Assembly (NCBI GenBank): GCA_963560245.1
Contig: CAUWNS010000002.1
Location: forward strand, 17,591-81,590
Origin: an uncultured Clostridia bacterium
GTDB lineage: Bacteria; Bacillota; Clostridia; Oscillospirales; Ruminococcaceae
Length of the DNA stretch: 64,000 bases
Direction of reading: 5' to 3'
Positions 1 through 9,176 of this stretch are shown here, piece by piece (position 1 is the first letter of the stretch; every line of letters starts with the position of its first letter). The position numbers were made by a program, and so were the translations under genes. A model generated the notes under the pieces. It made no database searches, was not told the origin of the DNA, and saw only the letters and a list, made by a program, of their open reading frames with translations.

Positions 1-2
1 TT

Positions 3-461
3 TCAGGTAATTCCCTGCAAATTTTCACTCAGATAAATTCCAAAACTTCCTGAAGTATACTGAAGAGAAACCGCAATCCTGCCATTTGTACCAAGATAGA
101 TTACAGTATCCATCTGTTGAGGCGGGAGCAGCTGTTTTTTCACTGTACGGAACCCAGCAGATTCCAGTTCCTGCAAATACCGCTCCACTCCTGAACGGGT
201 GGCCTGCATCAGAGCAATCGAAAAGCCCCGATTCTGTGGATCTTCCAAAACCCACTGGACCGTCCCAGTCTCCGGTTTTGGAATCTGTGCTGTAAAGGAA
301 TTATGCGGCCATTCCTCTGTATATTTTATTTGCGGCGCAGAAGAAACCGTACTGGAGGAAGGGTCTGCAACAACTCCGTATTCCGGCTTTGCACATCCCC
401 CGAAAATCAGGAGAACAGCGGCAAACAGTCCCGCCAGGCAACGAAAGCCCCTCTTATTCAT
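3..461 (-). CDS. Putative lipoprotein, function unknown
   Basis: Internal ATG (MNKRGFRCLAGLFAAVLLIFGGC...) inside track ORF 3..818. Signal peptide plus lipobox IFGGC. Start overlaps the stop of the upstream gene as ATGA (458-461). Confidence 0.6.
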   Translation of the reverse strand: MNKRGFRCLAGLFAAVLLIFGGCAKPEYGVVADPSSSTVSSAPQIKYTEEWPHNSFTAQIPKPETGTVQWVLEDPQNRGFSIALMQATRSGVERYLQELESAGFRTVKKQLLPPQQMDTVIYLGTNGRIAVSLQYTSGSFGIYLSENLQGIT

Positions 462-919
462 CCCTGTTTCCCTCCCTTTCTCCATCTGCGGATGCCGATA
501 AAGACAGTAACACCCACCACAGCCGCCGTGATAACATACAACGGCCAAAGAGAACCGGTTTCGGAAACGACATAAATTTCTGTAGAAGCGTCTGCATAGC
601 CGATTATTTCGGACGGTGACTGACCAATCCTTCGAAAAATACTCCACCCGCTGAAAACCAGCAGGGCTGCACTCAATCCTACCAGAATGCGAAGCGGCCA
701 GCGTCTCTCGGATTTTGACGGGGGAACCTCCCCGATAAGTTCGGACATTGGGACTTGGAAAACTTCTGCCAGCATCAAAAGCTTTTGTGTACTGGGTCGG
801 CTCTGTCCATTTTCCCATTTGGTAACTGCCTGGCGGGAAACGCCCAAACGCTCCGCCAGGAGTTCCTGGGTCATCTTTTGTCGTGTGCGCAGCTCCTTAA
901 TCGTTTGCGGGAGAGACAT
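458..919 (-). CDS. Membrane-anchored XRE-family helix-turn-helix regulator
   Basis: N-terminal XRE-type HTH (KMTQELLAERLGVSRQAVTKWENGQSRP) followed by hydrophobic segments (ILVGLSAALLVFSGWSIF; LYVITAAVVGVTVFIGI). Confidence 0.8.
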   Translation of the reverse strand: MSLPQTIKELRTRQKMTQELLAERLGVSRQAVTKWENGQSRPSTQKLLMLAEVFQVPMSELIGEVPPSKSERRWPLRILVGLSAALLVFSGWSIFRRIGQSPSEIIGYADASTEIYVVSETGSLWPLYVITAAVVGVTVFIGIRRWRKGGKQG

Positions 920-1334
920 ATGCTCACATCCGTTTCCTGTATTTTCAGGACGATTGTATCACATGAGTGCCTGTTTGAAAAGAAAATATCCGGCAACTAC
1001 TGGTTGCCAACGGCATCTTTACCTCTTCTTCCCGGATTTTTCACAACAGGATAGAGATATTGTGAAAAACCCTCCTGCCCAGGAGCAGAAAACAAAATGA
1101 TATCTGCTACCTGGCAGGCAGCGATCGGGCACTGTTCCTAAATCCACTGGAGCAAAACCGAAAATCCTCCTGCAATCCGGTATAGAACCAAATTACATTT
1201 GTGAAAATCATTTTTCCCCGGGCAAAATTTTTTCCTCCAGTATATTTAGTATCACCGAAATCAAAAAATGGCGTTCCCTCCCTGCGTCTCCTCTCTATGG
1301 CAGACACGGATAAAATTTTCACAATAAACGTTAT

Positions 1335-1769
1335 ATGGACGGAAAATTTGCACCACTGATAGATAAGGGCGGCCGTATTTTAAATGTGTCTTCCATGTCC
1401 TCCTTTATGCTGCCGCAGGACAAAGTGCCAAAACAGATATACCGGCTTGCCTTAGCTGATCCGGATCAGTTCCTCGATTCCATTAAGCAGATGCCGGCCG
1501 CTGTTCCCGAAGAGCAGAGAACCGGGGGCGCTTATACCATGTCCAAAAGCTTTGTCGTATGGCATACGTCCAGAAAACACAGAAGACAGAGCCTGAACCT
1601 TATCCCCATTTCCCCGGGGACATACAAAACGCCCATGGGCGAAGTGGAGGGAGAACAGGCGGCTTCTTTTGCACTGCGCGGCGCACTGGGACACCTGGGA
1701 GATCCGGAGGAAATTGCAAAAATGATGATTTTCACGGACAATGAAGAATACGGCCATCTTACCCAGTGA
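1335..1769 (+). pseudogene. Short-chain dehydrogenase/reductase remnant (C-terminal part only)
   Basis: Retains SDR catalytic YxxxK (GAYTMSK) and an SPG segment (ISPGTYKTPM). It lacks the N-terminal TGxxxGIG Rossmann part and ends early (..FTDNEEYGHLTQ*). No intact frame for the missing N-terminus in 930-1334. Confidence 0.5.
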
Positions 1770-1863
1770 GGGCATCCTTAAGACAGGGAAACCGTCAGTG
1801 CGCTGGAAACCATGATGGGCACAGCGCTTCCCATATTGCAGGGCCCGCATGCAGGCCTTTTTT

Positions 1864-2811
1864 TCATGAGCGGCGTCTGAATACCCCGGTCAAATCAAAA
1901 GGAGGGATGTATTCCTCTTTTGCAGAGGACTTTTCCTGTGCGTAGCCCTGCTGAATCCCCAGGGATAGCAGATGATCATAGACCCGGCGGTATTCATAGG
2001 TCGAAATCCTGCGGTTGATTTTCGGATGCAGACAGCTTTGATAGCAGGGTGTGTATTGACTCATCAAACTGACAAAAACCGAATCCAGGTCAAATTGTTC
2101 TGCAATCCAGTCGAGAATTTCCATGGAGTCGCGCATTGCTCCGGGCATGACCATATGACGGATGATAAGCCCCCGCCGCATAATACCGTCTTCATCCAGC
2201 TGGGATACAGGTATCTGGCGGTGCATCTCCAAAATAGCGGCCTTTGCCGCCCGCGGATAATCCGGCGCCCTGCAATACTCCTCGGCCAGTACGGGACTCA
2301 TAAATTTAAAGTCCGGCAGATAAATATCCACCACATCTTCTAATTCGCGCAGCGTCTCCACCCGTTCATATCCTCCGCTATTAAAAACAATCGGCAGGTT
2401 CAGCTGCGGTTTAATTTTTTTCAGCACCGGGATAATCAGGGGAAGAAAATGGGAGGCGGACACCAGATTAATATTATGCGCGCCCTGCTCCTTGAGCTCA
2501 AAGCAAATTTCCGAAAAACGCTCCGGGGTGATATCCGCACCGAAATATTCGTGGCTGAGCGTATAGTTCTGGCAAAAGCAGCACTGGAGTGTACAGCCGG
2601 AAAAAAAGATTGTCCCGCTGCCCCTGGTTCCGCTTAGGCACGGTTCCTCCCATTCATGCAGGGCAGCGCGCGCAATGCGCAAAGTATTCCCGGCACCGCA
2701 GGCCCCGGTTCGTTTGGTTCTGTCTATGCCGCACTGCCTGGGGCAGAGCTTACAATTTTCCATATCCAATACCATAATTCCTTCTCCGTCAATCTCTCCA
2801 CAGGATACCAT
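1864..2811 (-). CDS. Radical SAM protein, PflX / pyruvate formate-lyase-activase-like
   Basis: Radical SAM cluster motif in FFSGCTLQCCFCQNY. Cys-rich N-terminus CKLCPRQCGIDR. Start ambiguous (2811, 2775 or 2763). Confidence 0.85.
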   Translation of the reverse strand: MVSCGEIDGEGIMVLDMENCKLCPRQCGIDRTKRTGACGAGNTLRIARAALHEWEEPCLSGTRGSGTIFFSGCTLQCCFCQNYTLSHEYFGADITPERFSEICFELKEQGAHNINLVSASHFLPLIIPVLKKIKPQLNLPIVFNSGGYERVETLRELEDVVDIYLPDFKFMSPVLAEEYCRAPDYPRAAKAAILEMHRQIPVSQLDEDGIMRRGLIIRHMVMPGAMRDSMEILDWIAEQFDLDSVFVSLMSQYTPCYQSCLHPKINRRISTYEYRRVYDHLLSLGIQQGYAQEKSSAKEEYIPPFDLTGVFRRRS

Positions 2812-3363
2812 TGCTCTTATCGGATAGTTCCCTATGGTTATATCCTTCCTATTGTAATATGAATGAATACGGCGGTAAAACCCACAGAAATTTCTGCCAC
2901 ATTTGTATTATACCATATCTCCGTACATGGTTCCATCCAAGAGGAAGAGACGGATTTCCCAGCGCCCTCTGATCCAGATTTTTTCGGGAAGAAAGACTCC
3001 CGGCAGTAATCCCATTTCAGCGGGATTATACCAGAAATCAACCGACATATTTTGAATCTTTTATAGAACAAATGCATATGATGGAAAGAGCCTACAAATC
3101 AGACGAGCCGTCAATCAAAAGATGAGGTGACATAATAACATGTAATTATCACTAAATTTATTCTGTTATATTCCTTAAAATAAAGACAGTTTGCACACCA
3201 AAAATGCTGTCTCGGAATTTTACGATTATCCACAAAAATGATTCCAAAAACCATTGTGAATATTGCAAGAAAAAATCGAAGAATTGACAGAATCTTCCTG
3301 ATTACTCTTCTTTTTTTCGCATAGAGCCCGGCAAATTGCACAAAATTGTAAAAGGTATCCGCC

Positions 3364-3392
3364 TTGACACTCTGTAATTTAGTGAATATAAT
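3364..3392 (+). promoter_or_regulatory. Consensus sigma-A type promoter (TTGACA-17 nt-TATAAT)
   Basis: TTGACA at 3364-3369, 17-nt spacer, TATAAT at 3387-3392, about 90 nt upstream of the G5/3D gene start. Confidence 0.7.
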
Positions 3393-3479
3393 TGGCACGA
3401 CTCAGGAAAAATAGAGATGTGCAGCTTCCAAGTTGCTGGCAGAGGCGCATCAAAATTTTATCGACAAAGGAGAAATTCA

Positions 3480-4523
3480 ATGACTAGCTTCAGGTTGTTG
3501 CCCGGCAAGCTTACACACTTTTTGAAAAGTAAAGTATGCATTGTGGCAATATTTGCAGCCGTGTGTTGTACCATTCTTTTCGTCGCAATTGCAAATACCA
3601 GCAGAGTCACGATTGTGGACCAAAACAATGAATTTGTCTGTACAACAATGAAAAAAGACGTTCAAGAAATTTTGGAAGAATCCGAAATAACCGTCGGCCC
3701 GTATGATAAAGTGACCAGCGAATCGGAAAATGGCAAAATCAATGTCATTACGATTGCACGTGCTTTTCCGGTCACCATTGCCGCCGACGGACAGGAACAG
3801 ACTGTCTATTTGACCAGCGGAACCGCGGGAGATGCGCTTTGTGCAGCCGGCATTACACTGGACAACGATGATTTGCTCAGCGTGGATACCTCTTCCGTTG
3901 TCAGTAAAAACCAGAAAATTGTGGTTAGCCGCGTGGACTATGACGAAACCATCACCACAGAGGCAATCCCCCATGAAGTGTCCTACCAGGAAACTTCTTC
4001 TATGCGTGCTGGGGCAAGCATCGTTGTCTCCCGCGGGAGCGATGGAACACGCCGCATCCGTACAGTCAACAAGTATGTTGATGGGGAACTTGTCGACACC
4101 AATGTGGAAAAAACGGTAGTGGCTCAACCTGTCACCGAACAGGTTATGGTGGGGACTTCCAATATGGTTTCCCAAATGGACGCCCCTGCCGGGATCACTC
4201 TGGATGAAAATGGGGTGCCGACTCAGTACAGTGCGGTAATTACCGGTTCCGCCACCGCTTATTCCGCGCGGGAAGGCGCTGGAACTGCAAGTGGGATGAA
4301 AGCCGCCGTGGGAAGAGTTGCCGTAAACCCAAATCTAATCCCCTATGGCACCAGGCTGTTTATCCGCACAACGGACGGTTCCTATATTTACGGATATGCC
4401 GTTGCCGCAGATACCGGCACCGCCCTGATGGACGGCCGCGCTATTGTAGATCTGTTCTTCAACAGCTATGAGGAAAGCTGCCAGTTTGGCAGACGCAACG
4501 TAGAAATCTACGTCCTGAGTTAA
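3480..4523 (+). CDS. G5 + 3D domain cell-wall protein (YabE/RpfB-like)
   Basis: SD AAAGGAG 7 nt before ATG 3480. N-terminal TM anchor. G5-like segment (VVSRGSDGTRRIRTVNKYVDGELV). C-terminal 3D-domain-like segment (YGTRLFIRTTDGSYIYGYAVAADTGTALMDGRAIVDLFF). Confidence 0.85.
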   Translation: MTSFRLLPGKLTHFLKSKVCIVAIFAAVCCTILFVAIANTSRVTIVDQNNEFVCTTMKKDVQEILEESEITVGPYDKVTSESENGKINVITIARAFPVTIAADGQEQTVYLTSGTAGDALCAAGITLDNDDLLSVDTSSVVSKNQKIVVSRVDYDETITTEAIPHEVSYQETSSMRAGASIVVSRGSDGTRRIRTVNKYVDGELVDTNVEKTVVAQPVTEQVMVGTSNMVSQMDAPAGITLDENGVPTQYSAVITGSATAYSAREGAGTASGMKAAVGRVAVNPNLIPYGTRLFIRTTDGSYIYGYAVAADTGTALMDGRAIVDLFFNSYEESCQFGRRNVEIYVLS

Positions 4524-4537
4524 GGGATAACCTAACA

Positions 4538-4576
4538 GGCGCCGAGGAAATTCATCCTGCGGCGCTTTGGTTTTTT
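4538..4576 (+). terminator. Rho-independent terminator after the G5/3D gene
   Basis: GGCGCCGAGGA..TCCTGCGGCGC hairpin followed by TTTGGTTTTTT. It overlaps the 3' end of the convergent ATPase gene. Confidence 0.6.
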
Positions 4577-5259
4577 CCGCTCCGGTTATCCGAGACAATT
4601 TTGCCCTCTTCTACACGGATGCAGCGTTTTGCAGAAGCAGCGATGGCATCGTCATGGGTGATAAGCACAATCGTACTGCCGGACTGGTGCAGTTCTTCCA
4701 ACAGAGAGAGAACTTCCCGGCTGGACTTGCGATCCAGGTTCCCTGTCGGTTCATCGGCCAAAATCAGGGAAGGCGACGCGGCAATCGCGCGGGCAATCGC
4801 CACACGCTGCTGCTGCCCGCCTGACATCTCATTTGGGCGGTGATGTATCCGGTTTTGCAGCCCTACGCGAATCAGTGCCTTGGTGCACAGGGCTTTGCGC
4901 TCCTGTTCATGGATTCCCCGGTAAACAAGAGGAAGTTCCACATTTTCCAAGGCGTCCAATGTTGGAATCAGGTTAAACCCCTGAAAGATAAAACCAATTT
5001 CCCGGTTGCGGATGAACGAAAGCTGCCTGTCGTCCATCTTAGCCGTATCCTTTCCGCGGAGCAGGTATTTCCCACTGGTCGGGACATCCAGACAGCCGAG
5101 GATATTCATTAAAGTGGACTTTCCAGAGCCGGACTGCCCTACAATAGTAACATATTCCCCAGGATAAATTGTCAGATCAATCCCGCGGAGGGCGTCAATC
5201 TGCTGATCCGTAATCTGATAAAATTTACTGAGATGGCAAAGTTTTATCACTGGCTGCAC
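4552..5259 (-). CDS. ABC transporter ATP-binding protein, MacB/LolD/FtsE-like (orphan)
   Basis: Walker A GQSGSGKST, signature LSGGQQQRVAIARA, Walker B LILADEPTGNLD. No permease gene adjacent on either side. Confidence 0.9.
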   Translation of the reverse strand: MQPVIKLCHLSKFYQITDQQIDALRGIDLTIYPGEYVTIVGQSGSGKSTLMNILGCLDVPTSGKYLLRGKDTAKMDDRQLSFIRNREIGFIFQGFNLIPTLDALENVELPLVYRGIHEQERKALCTKALIRVGLQNRIHHRPNEMSGGQQQRVAIARAIAASPSLILADEPTGNLDRKSSREVLSLLEELHQSGSTIVLITHDDAIAASAKRCIRVEEGKIVSDNRSGKNQSAAG

Positions 5260-5470
5260 CGGCCTCGCTCCCCTTCTGTTTCTTTCAGAAGTATTGTTTC
5301 CGGCTTTTTTGATAATATTTTGCCCTTTCTGGAAAACTGACTGGAAATATGGCTTTCAGTTTCTTCCATTCTGTCAAAGTCATATGAAAAAAGGAAAGTT
5401 TCCCCTATGGAACAGGCTAAAATCAATAAATCACTCCAAAAATGTGCGATAAAAGCTGTGATTTTTGATT

Positions 5471-5500
5471 TTGACAGAAAACAGAACCTGCGGGTATAAT
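5471..5500 (+). promoter_or_regulatory. Near-consensus promoter (TTGACA-18 nt-TATAAT)
   Basis: TTGACA 5471-5476 and TATAAT 5495-5500, upstream of the amidohydrolase gene leader. Confidence 0.65.
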
Positions 5501-5535
5501 AGAAACTGCCGCAGAGAATAAAACCGACTGTTCAT

Positions 5536-5576
5536 GCCGTATTTCTGCCTAAAAGGCAATACGGCGCTTTTATTTT
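5536..5576 (+). terminator. Intrinsic-terminator-like hairpin inside the 5' leader of the amidohydrolase gene
   Basis: GCCGTAT(5536-5542)/ATACGGC(5559-5565) and TGCCT/AGGCA stems with a 3-nt bulge, followed by GCTTTTATTTTA. Lies between the promoter at 5471-5500 and ATG 5613. Confidence 0.55.
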
Positions 5577-5612
5577 ATAGCAGCAAACGAGAACACAGGG
5601 TGGGAAAACAGT

Positions 5613-6425
5613 ATGACGAAGCAGAGAAAAATTATTGACGCGCACGCCCATATATTCCTCGGGAAAATTGCGGAACGGGCAAGCGAATCTATCCGCGATT
5701 TTTATCACCTGAATATGGGGTTTGCCGGTTATCCCCACACTTTGGTGGAACGGGGAAGCAAAATCGGGGTATACAAATACCTGGTATGCTCCACGGCAAC
5801 GAAACCGGAACAGGTTTTCTCTATCAACAATTTTATTGCGCAAAAATGTCAGAAATATCCGCAATTTTTTGGTTTTGGTTCCCTTCACCCACGTATGGAG
5901 AAAGAACAGTTTGCCGCAGAGATCGACCGAATCCGGAAACTAGGCCTACACGGAATCAAACTTCACTCGGATTTCCAGCGGTTTAACATCGATGATCCGG
6001 ATATGCTGCCCGTATACCGGCTGGCGGCAGAGGCGGGGCTTCCGATCCTCTTTCATATGGGGGACAGCCGTTATGATTTTTCCGCCCCTCGCAGACTTGC
6101 CCATATTGCAGAGCAAGTGCCGAACCTGCTCTGCCTTGCTGCACATTATGGAGGCTATGAACGCTGGGATGAGGCATACCGGTATTTAAAACTCCCCAAC
6201 GTATATTTTGACACTTCCAGCAGCCTGTTTAAGCTTTCTAAAGCGGATGCCCTGGCACTTATGAACCATATGGGCATGGAACGCTTCTTCTTCGGCACGG
6301 ATTTTCCAATGTGGGAACACGAGACCGAATTGGAACGGTTTCTCTCCCTCGGATTGTCAGAACAGGACAATGAGAAGGTGCTCCATGGAAATTTTGAACG
6401 GGTTTTCGGGCTTGCTGACAAATAA
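5613..6425 (+). CDS. Metal-dependent TIM-barrel amidohydrolase (amidohydrolase_2 / COG2159-like)
   Basis: N-terminal IIDAHAHIF metal-binding motif. Later LFHMGD and FGTDFP segments typical of this fold. Confidence 0.8.
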   Translation: MTKQRKIIDAHAHIFLGKIAERASESIRDFYHLNMGFAGYPHTLVERGSKIGVYKYLVCSTATKPEQVFSINNFIAQKCQKYPQFFGFGSLHPRMEKEQFAAEIDRIRKLGLHGIKLHSDFQRFNIDDPDMLPVYRLAAEAGLPILFHMGDSRYDFSAPRRLAHIAEQVPNLLCLAAHYGGYERWDEAYRYLKLPNVYFDTSSSLFKLSKADALALMNHMGMERFFFGTDFPMWEHETELERFLSLGLSEQDNEKVLHGNFERVFGLADK

Positions 6426-6470
6426 CAGGCTGGAAAGGGGTATCCCCTCTCCAGCCTGTTATTTGTCTTT
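6424..6470 (+). terminator. Rho-independent terminator
   Basis: AACAGGCTGGA..TCCAGCCTGTT stem with an inner AGGGG/CCCCT stem, followed by ATTTGTCTTT. Confidence 0.75.
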
Positions 6471-6496
6471 CCAAAAGATATCCACGGCACATTTTG

Positions 6497-6525
6497 TTGA
6501 ACAATTCCCTGTATTGTGGTATGAT
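6497..6525 (+). promoter_or_regulatory. Promoter with extended -10 (TTGAAC-17 nt-TGgTATGAT)
   Basis: TTGAAC 6497-6502, TGG 6517-6519, TATGAT 6520-6525. About 115-nt leader to ATG 6643. Confidence 0.6.
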
Positions 6526-6642
6526 TAAAAAGCATCATGAAAATTCCCCGCCTCTGGGGAATGCTATCATAGACAGCCGGCAGGATGCCGACCGCCTGCC
6601 CGGCTTATCCGGGGATATTTCTCCAAGAAAAGAAGGGATTTT

Positions 6643-7680
6643 ATGAAAAAAGGATTTCGAAAACTGGCGCTTGCACTCTGTGCAGCGCTGGTAATGACCA
6701 CATTTGCCGCATGCTCCGCCAAAGAGGATGCAAACAGTTCCTCTTCCCAGCCGGACATTTCCGCAGCGCCCTCCGGCACGGTGGAAAAAGAAACTGTCCG
6801 TGTCGCCGCCCTGAAAGGCCCGACTGCCATTGGAATGGCAAAACTGATGGAAGACAATGACAGCGGACAGGCCAAAAACGAATACCAGTTTACCATTGCC
6901 GCTGCCGCAGATGATATTGTGGGCAAACTGACCTCCGGAGAAGTGGACATCGCCGCAATTCCCACGAACCTGGCTGCCACCCTGTACCAAAAGACAAGCG
7001 GTGGAATTGAGATGCTCGCCGTCAATACCCTGGGCGTACTCTATCTGACGGACAGCACAGGAGAAATCAAATCTGTCGGCGATCTGAAAGGAAAAACCAT
7101 CTATGCAAGCGGAGAGGGCAGTGTCCCACAGTATGTATTCGACTATATTCTTTCCCAAAATGGAATGGATCCGCAAAAGGATGTAACAATCGAATACAAG
7201 ACTGAACATTCCGAACTGGCAACTCTGGCCATTTCCGGGGACGCCCCAATCTGTGTCCTTCCGGAGCCCTTTGTCACCCAGGTCAAAGCAAAAAATCCCG
7301 AAATTTCCGCCGCATTGGATTTGACGAAGGAATGGGAAGCTGTAACCGACGGCAAATATCAGCTCGCCATGGGCTGTATTGTCGTGCGCAGGGAATTTTT
7401 AGACGAGCATAAACAGGCGGTCGACACATTCCTCACCGAATATAAGGCTTCTACAGAATATGCAAACAGCAACGTAGAACAGACAGCGAAGATTGTCGGG
7501 CAAAAGGAGATCATGCCTCAAGAGGTAGCAAATCAGGCGATTCCGAACTGCAATATCGTTTTTCTCTCCGGGGAGGAGATGAAAAATTCTGTTTCCGGTT
7601 TCTATCAGGTGCTGATGGATTTCCAGCCGAAGTCCATAGGCGGAAAACTGCCGGATGACGAATTCTATTATCAGCAGTAA
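6643..7680 (+). CDS. ABC transporter substrate-binding lipoprotein (NMT1/THI5- or SsuA-like)
   Basis: Signal peptide plus lipobox TTFAAC. Followed directly by a cognate permease and ATPase. Family assignment by general resemblance only. Confidence 0.75.
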   Translation: MKKGFRKLALALCAALVMTTFAACSAKEDANSSSSQPDISAAPSGTVEKETVRVAALKGPTAIGMAKLMEDNDSGQAKNEYQFTIAAAADDIVGKLTSGEVDIAAIPTNLAATLYQKTSGGIEMLAVNTLGVLYLTDSTGEIKSVGDLKGKTIYASGEGSVPQYVFDYILSQNGMDPQKDVTIEYKTEHSELATLAISGDAPICVLPEPFVTQVKAKNPEISAALDLTKEWEAVTDGKYQLAMGCIVVRREFLDEHKQAVDTFLTEYKASTEYANSNVEQTAKIVGQKEIMPQEVANQAIPNCNIVFLSGEEMKNSVSGFYQVLMDFQPKSIGGKLPDDEFYYQQ

Positions 7681-7684
7681 CCAC

Positions 7685-8449
7685 ATGAAAAAAATCGCCA
7701 AAAAACTGCTGGCCGCCGGATTTTGGATTGGCGTATGGTACGCCGCTTACCTCGCTGTCCAGCAGGAAATTCTCATTCCAAGCCCTGCCGCTGTATTGGC
7801 AAGGCTCGGAATGCTTTGCCTGGAAAATGAATTTTGGATGACTGTATTCTTTTCTTTTCTCAGGATTTTCTGCGGTCTGATTGCCGCACTGTTCTGCGGA
7901 GTCGTGCTTGCAGCGCTGACCTATCGTTTTTCCCTGCTTTATGAATTATTCCATCCCCTTCTTTCGGTTATCAAAGCAACGCCCGTGGCAAGCTTTATTA
8001 TCCTTGCCTTGGTCTGGATTCAAACACCCTACCTCTCTGCATTTACTTCTTTTCTGATGGTATTGCCCATGGTCTGGGAAAACGTCTATACCGGCATTGG
8101 ACAAACGGACCGGCAGCTTCTGGAAATGGCACGGGTTTTCCGTTTTAGCTCCTTTAAAACCCTGCTGCATGTCTACCTTCCCTCCGTACTGCCCTATTTC
8201 CTCTCCGCCTGTATGACCGGGATGGGGCTTGCCTGGAAAGCGGGAATTGCCGCAGAGGTTCTTGGAGTGCCAAAACTCGCCATCGGAACAGAGATTTACC
8301 AGTCCAAAATTTATCTGGAAACCGTAGACTTATTTGCATGGACAGTGGTTGTCGTGGTCATGAGCATGCTGATTGAAGCGTTTTTTCAGCGCGCGGTCCG
8401 TCGGCTGAACCGGCGCTATCTGATACCCGCTGCAAAGGGGGATGCCTAA
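7685..8449 (+). CDS. ABC transporter permease (BPD-type)
   Basis: Multi-TM protein. ATG 7685 lies 4 nt after the SBP stop (track ORF starts earlier at 7655). Confidence 0.85.
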   Translation: MKKIAKKLLAAGFWIGVWYAAYLAVQQEILIPSPAAVLARLGMLCLENEFWMTVFFSFLRIFCGLIAALFCGVVLAALTYRFSLLYELFHPLLSVIKATPVASFIILALVWIQTPYLSAFTSFLMVLPMVWENVYTGIGQTDRQLLEMARVFRFSSFKTLLHVYLPSVLPYFLSACMTGMGLAWKAGIAAEVLGVPKLAIGTEIYQSKIYLETVDLFAWTVVVVVMSMLIEAFFQRAVRRLNRRYLIPAAKGDA

Positions 8450-9099
8450 TGCTCGCCGTTACCGGGCTTCAGAAAAACTTTGGGGAAAAGGAAATCCTGC
8501 GAGGATTTTCTTTTCAATTCCCGGATCAGGGCATCTGCTGCCTGTTCGGGCCATCCGGCTGCGGTAAAACTACCCTGTTGAGAATCCTCGCCGGCCTGGA
8601 ACGCCCTGATGCTGGAAAGATTCACCGGAAAGGGGAGCTTTCCGTGGTTTTCCAGGAGGATCGGCTCCTTCCCTGGATGACCGCAGCTGAGAATATCCGC
8701 ATTGTCCGCAGCACGCTCACCAAAATAGATGTCGATCGTGCCCTTGCTGCGGTCGGGCTTTCCGGAGAAGGGGATAAATTCCCGTATGAGCTTTCCGGAG
8801 GAATGAAGAGGAGGGTAGCTATCGCACGGGCGCTCGCCTACGGCGGGGATATCCTGCTGCTGGATGAACCGTTTCGCGGACTGGACAGCGCTGTGAAAAA
8901 TCTGATTATAGAGCAAATACGGATACAATCCAAAAAGAAAACAGTGGTGCTTGTGACCCATGATCGCGAAGAGGCCCTTTTTCTGAGCGATATCATCCTG
9001 TTTTTGAAAGGGCCTCCTCTTCAGATTACGGACACAACAGAACTGAAAGGGAAAAACCTGTGCCAGAGAAAAGAACTGTGCAGGATGTTTCCCTGGTAA
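8449..9099 (+). CDS. ABC transporter ATP-binding protein (nitrate/sulfonate/taurine-type)
   Basis: Walker [10 protein letters not shown], signature [14 protein letters not shown], Walker [13 protein letters not shown]. Start overlaps the permease stop (TAATG). Confidence 0.9.
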   Translation: MLAVTGLQKNFGEKEILRGFSFQFPDQGICCLFGPSGCGKTTLLRILAGLERPDAGKIHRKGELSVVFQEDRLLPWMTAAENIRIVRSTLTKIDVDRALAAVGLSGEGDKFPYELSGGMKRRVAIARALAYGGDILLLDEPFRGLDSAVKNLIIEQIRIQSKKKTVVLVTHDREEALFLSDIILFLKGPPLQITDTTELKGKNLCQRKELCRMFPW

Positions 9100-9176
9100 A
9101 ATCCTGTGCCGGAGAAAGTTGCATTTTTCTCCGGCACGCGTTATGATAGGAAAAAATCAAAAAGGAGGCGGCGAGC

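Noticed and set aside
1107-1322. 71-aa minus-strand ORF
   Set aside because: It has no SD and no motif. It lies within the eroded SDR upstream region.
3111-3398. 95-aa minus-strand ORF with one hydrophobic segment
   Set aside because: It has a GTG start without any SD, it starts inside the consensus plus-strand promoter at 3364-3392, and its composition is AT-rich. It is probably non-coding.
6526-6642. TPP riboswitch upstream of the NMT1/THI5-like binding-protein gene
   Set aside because: There is no CUGAGA or ACCUGAUCUGGAUAAUGCCAGCG-like core. Only generic GC hairpins are present.
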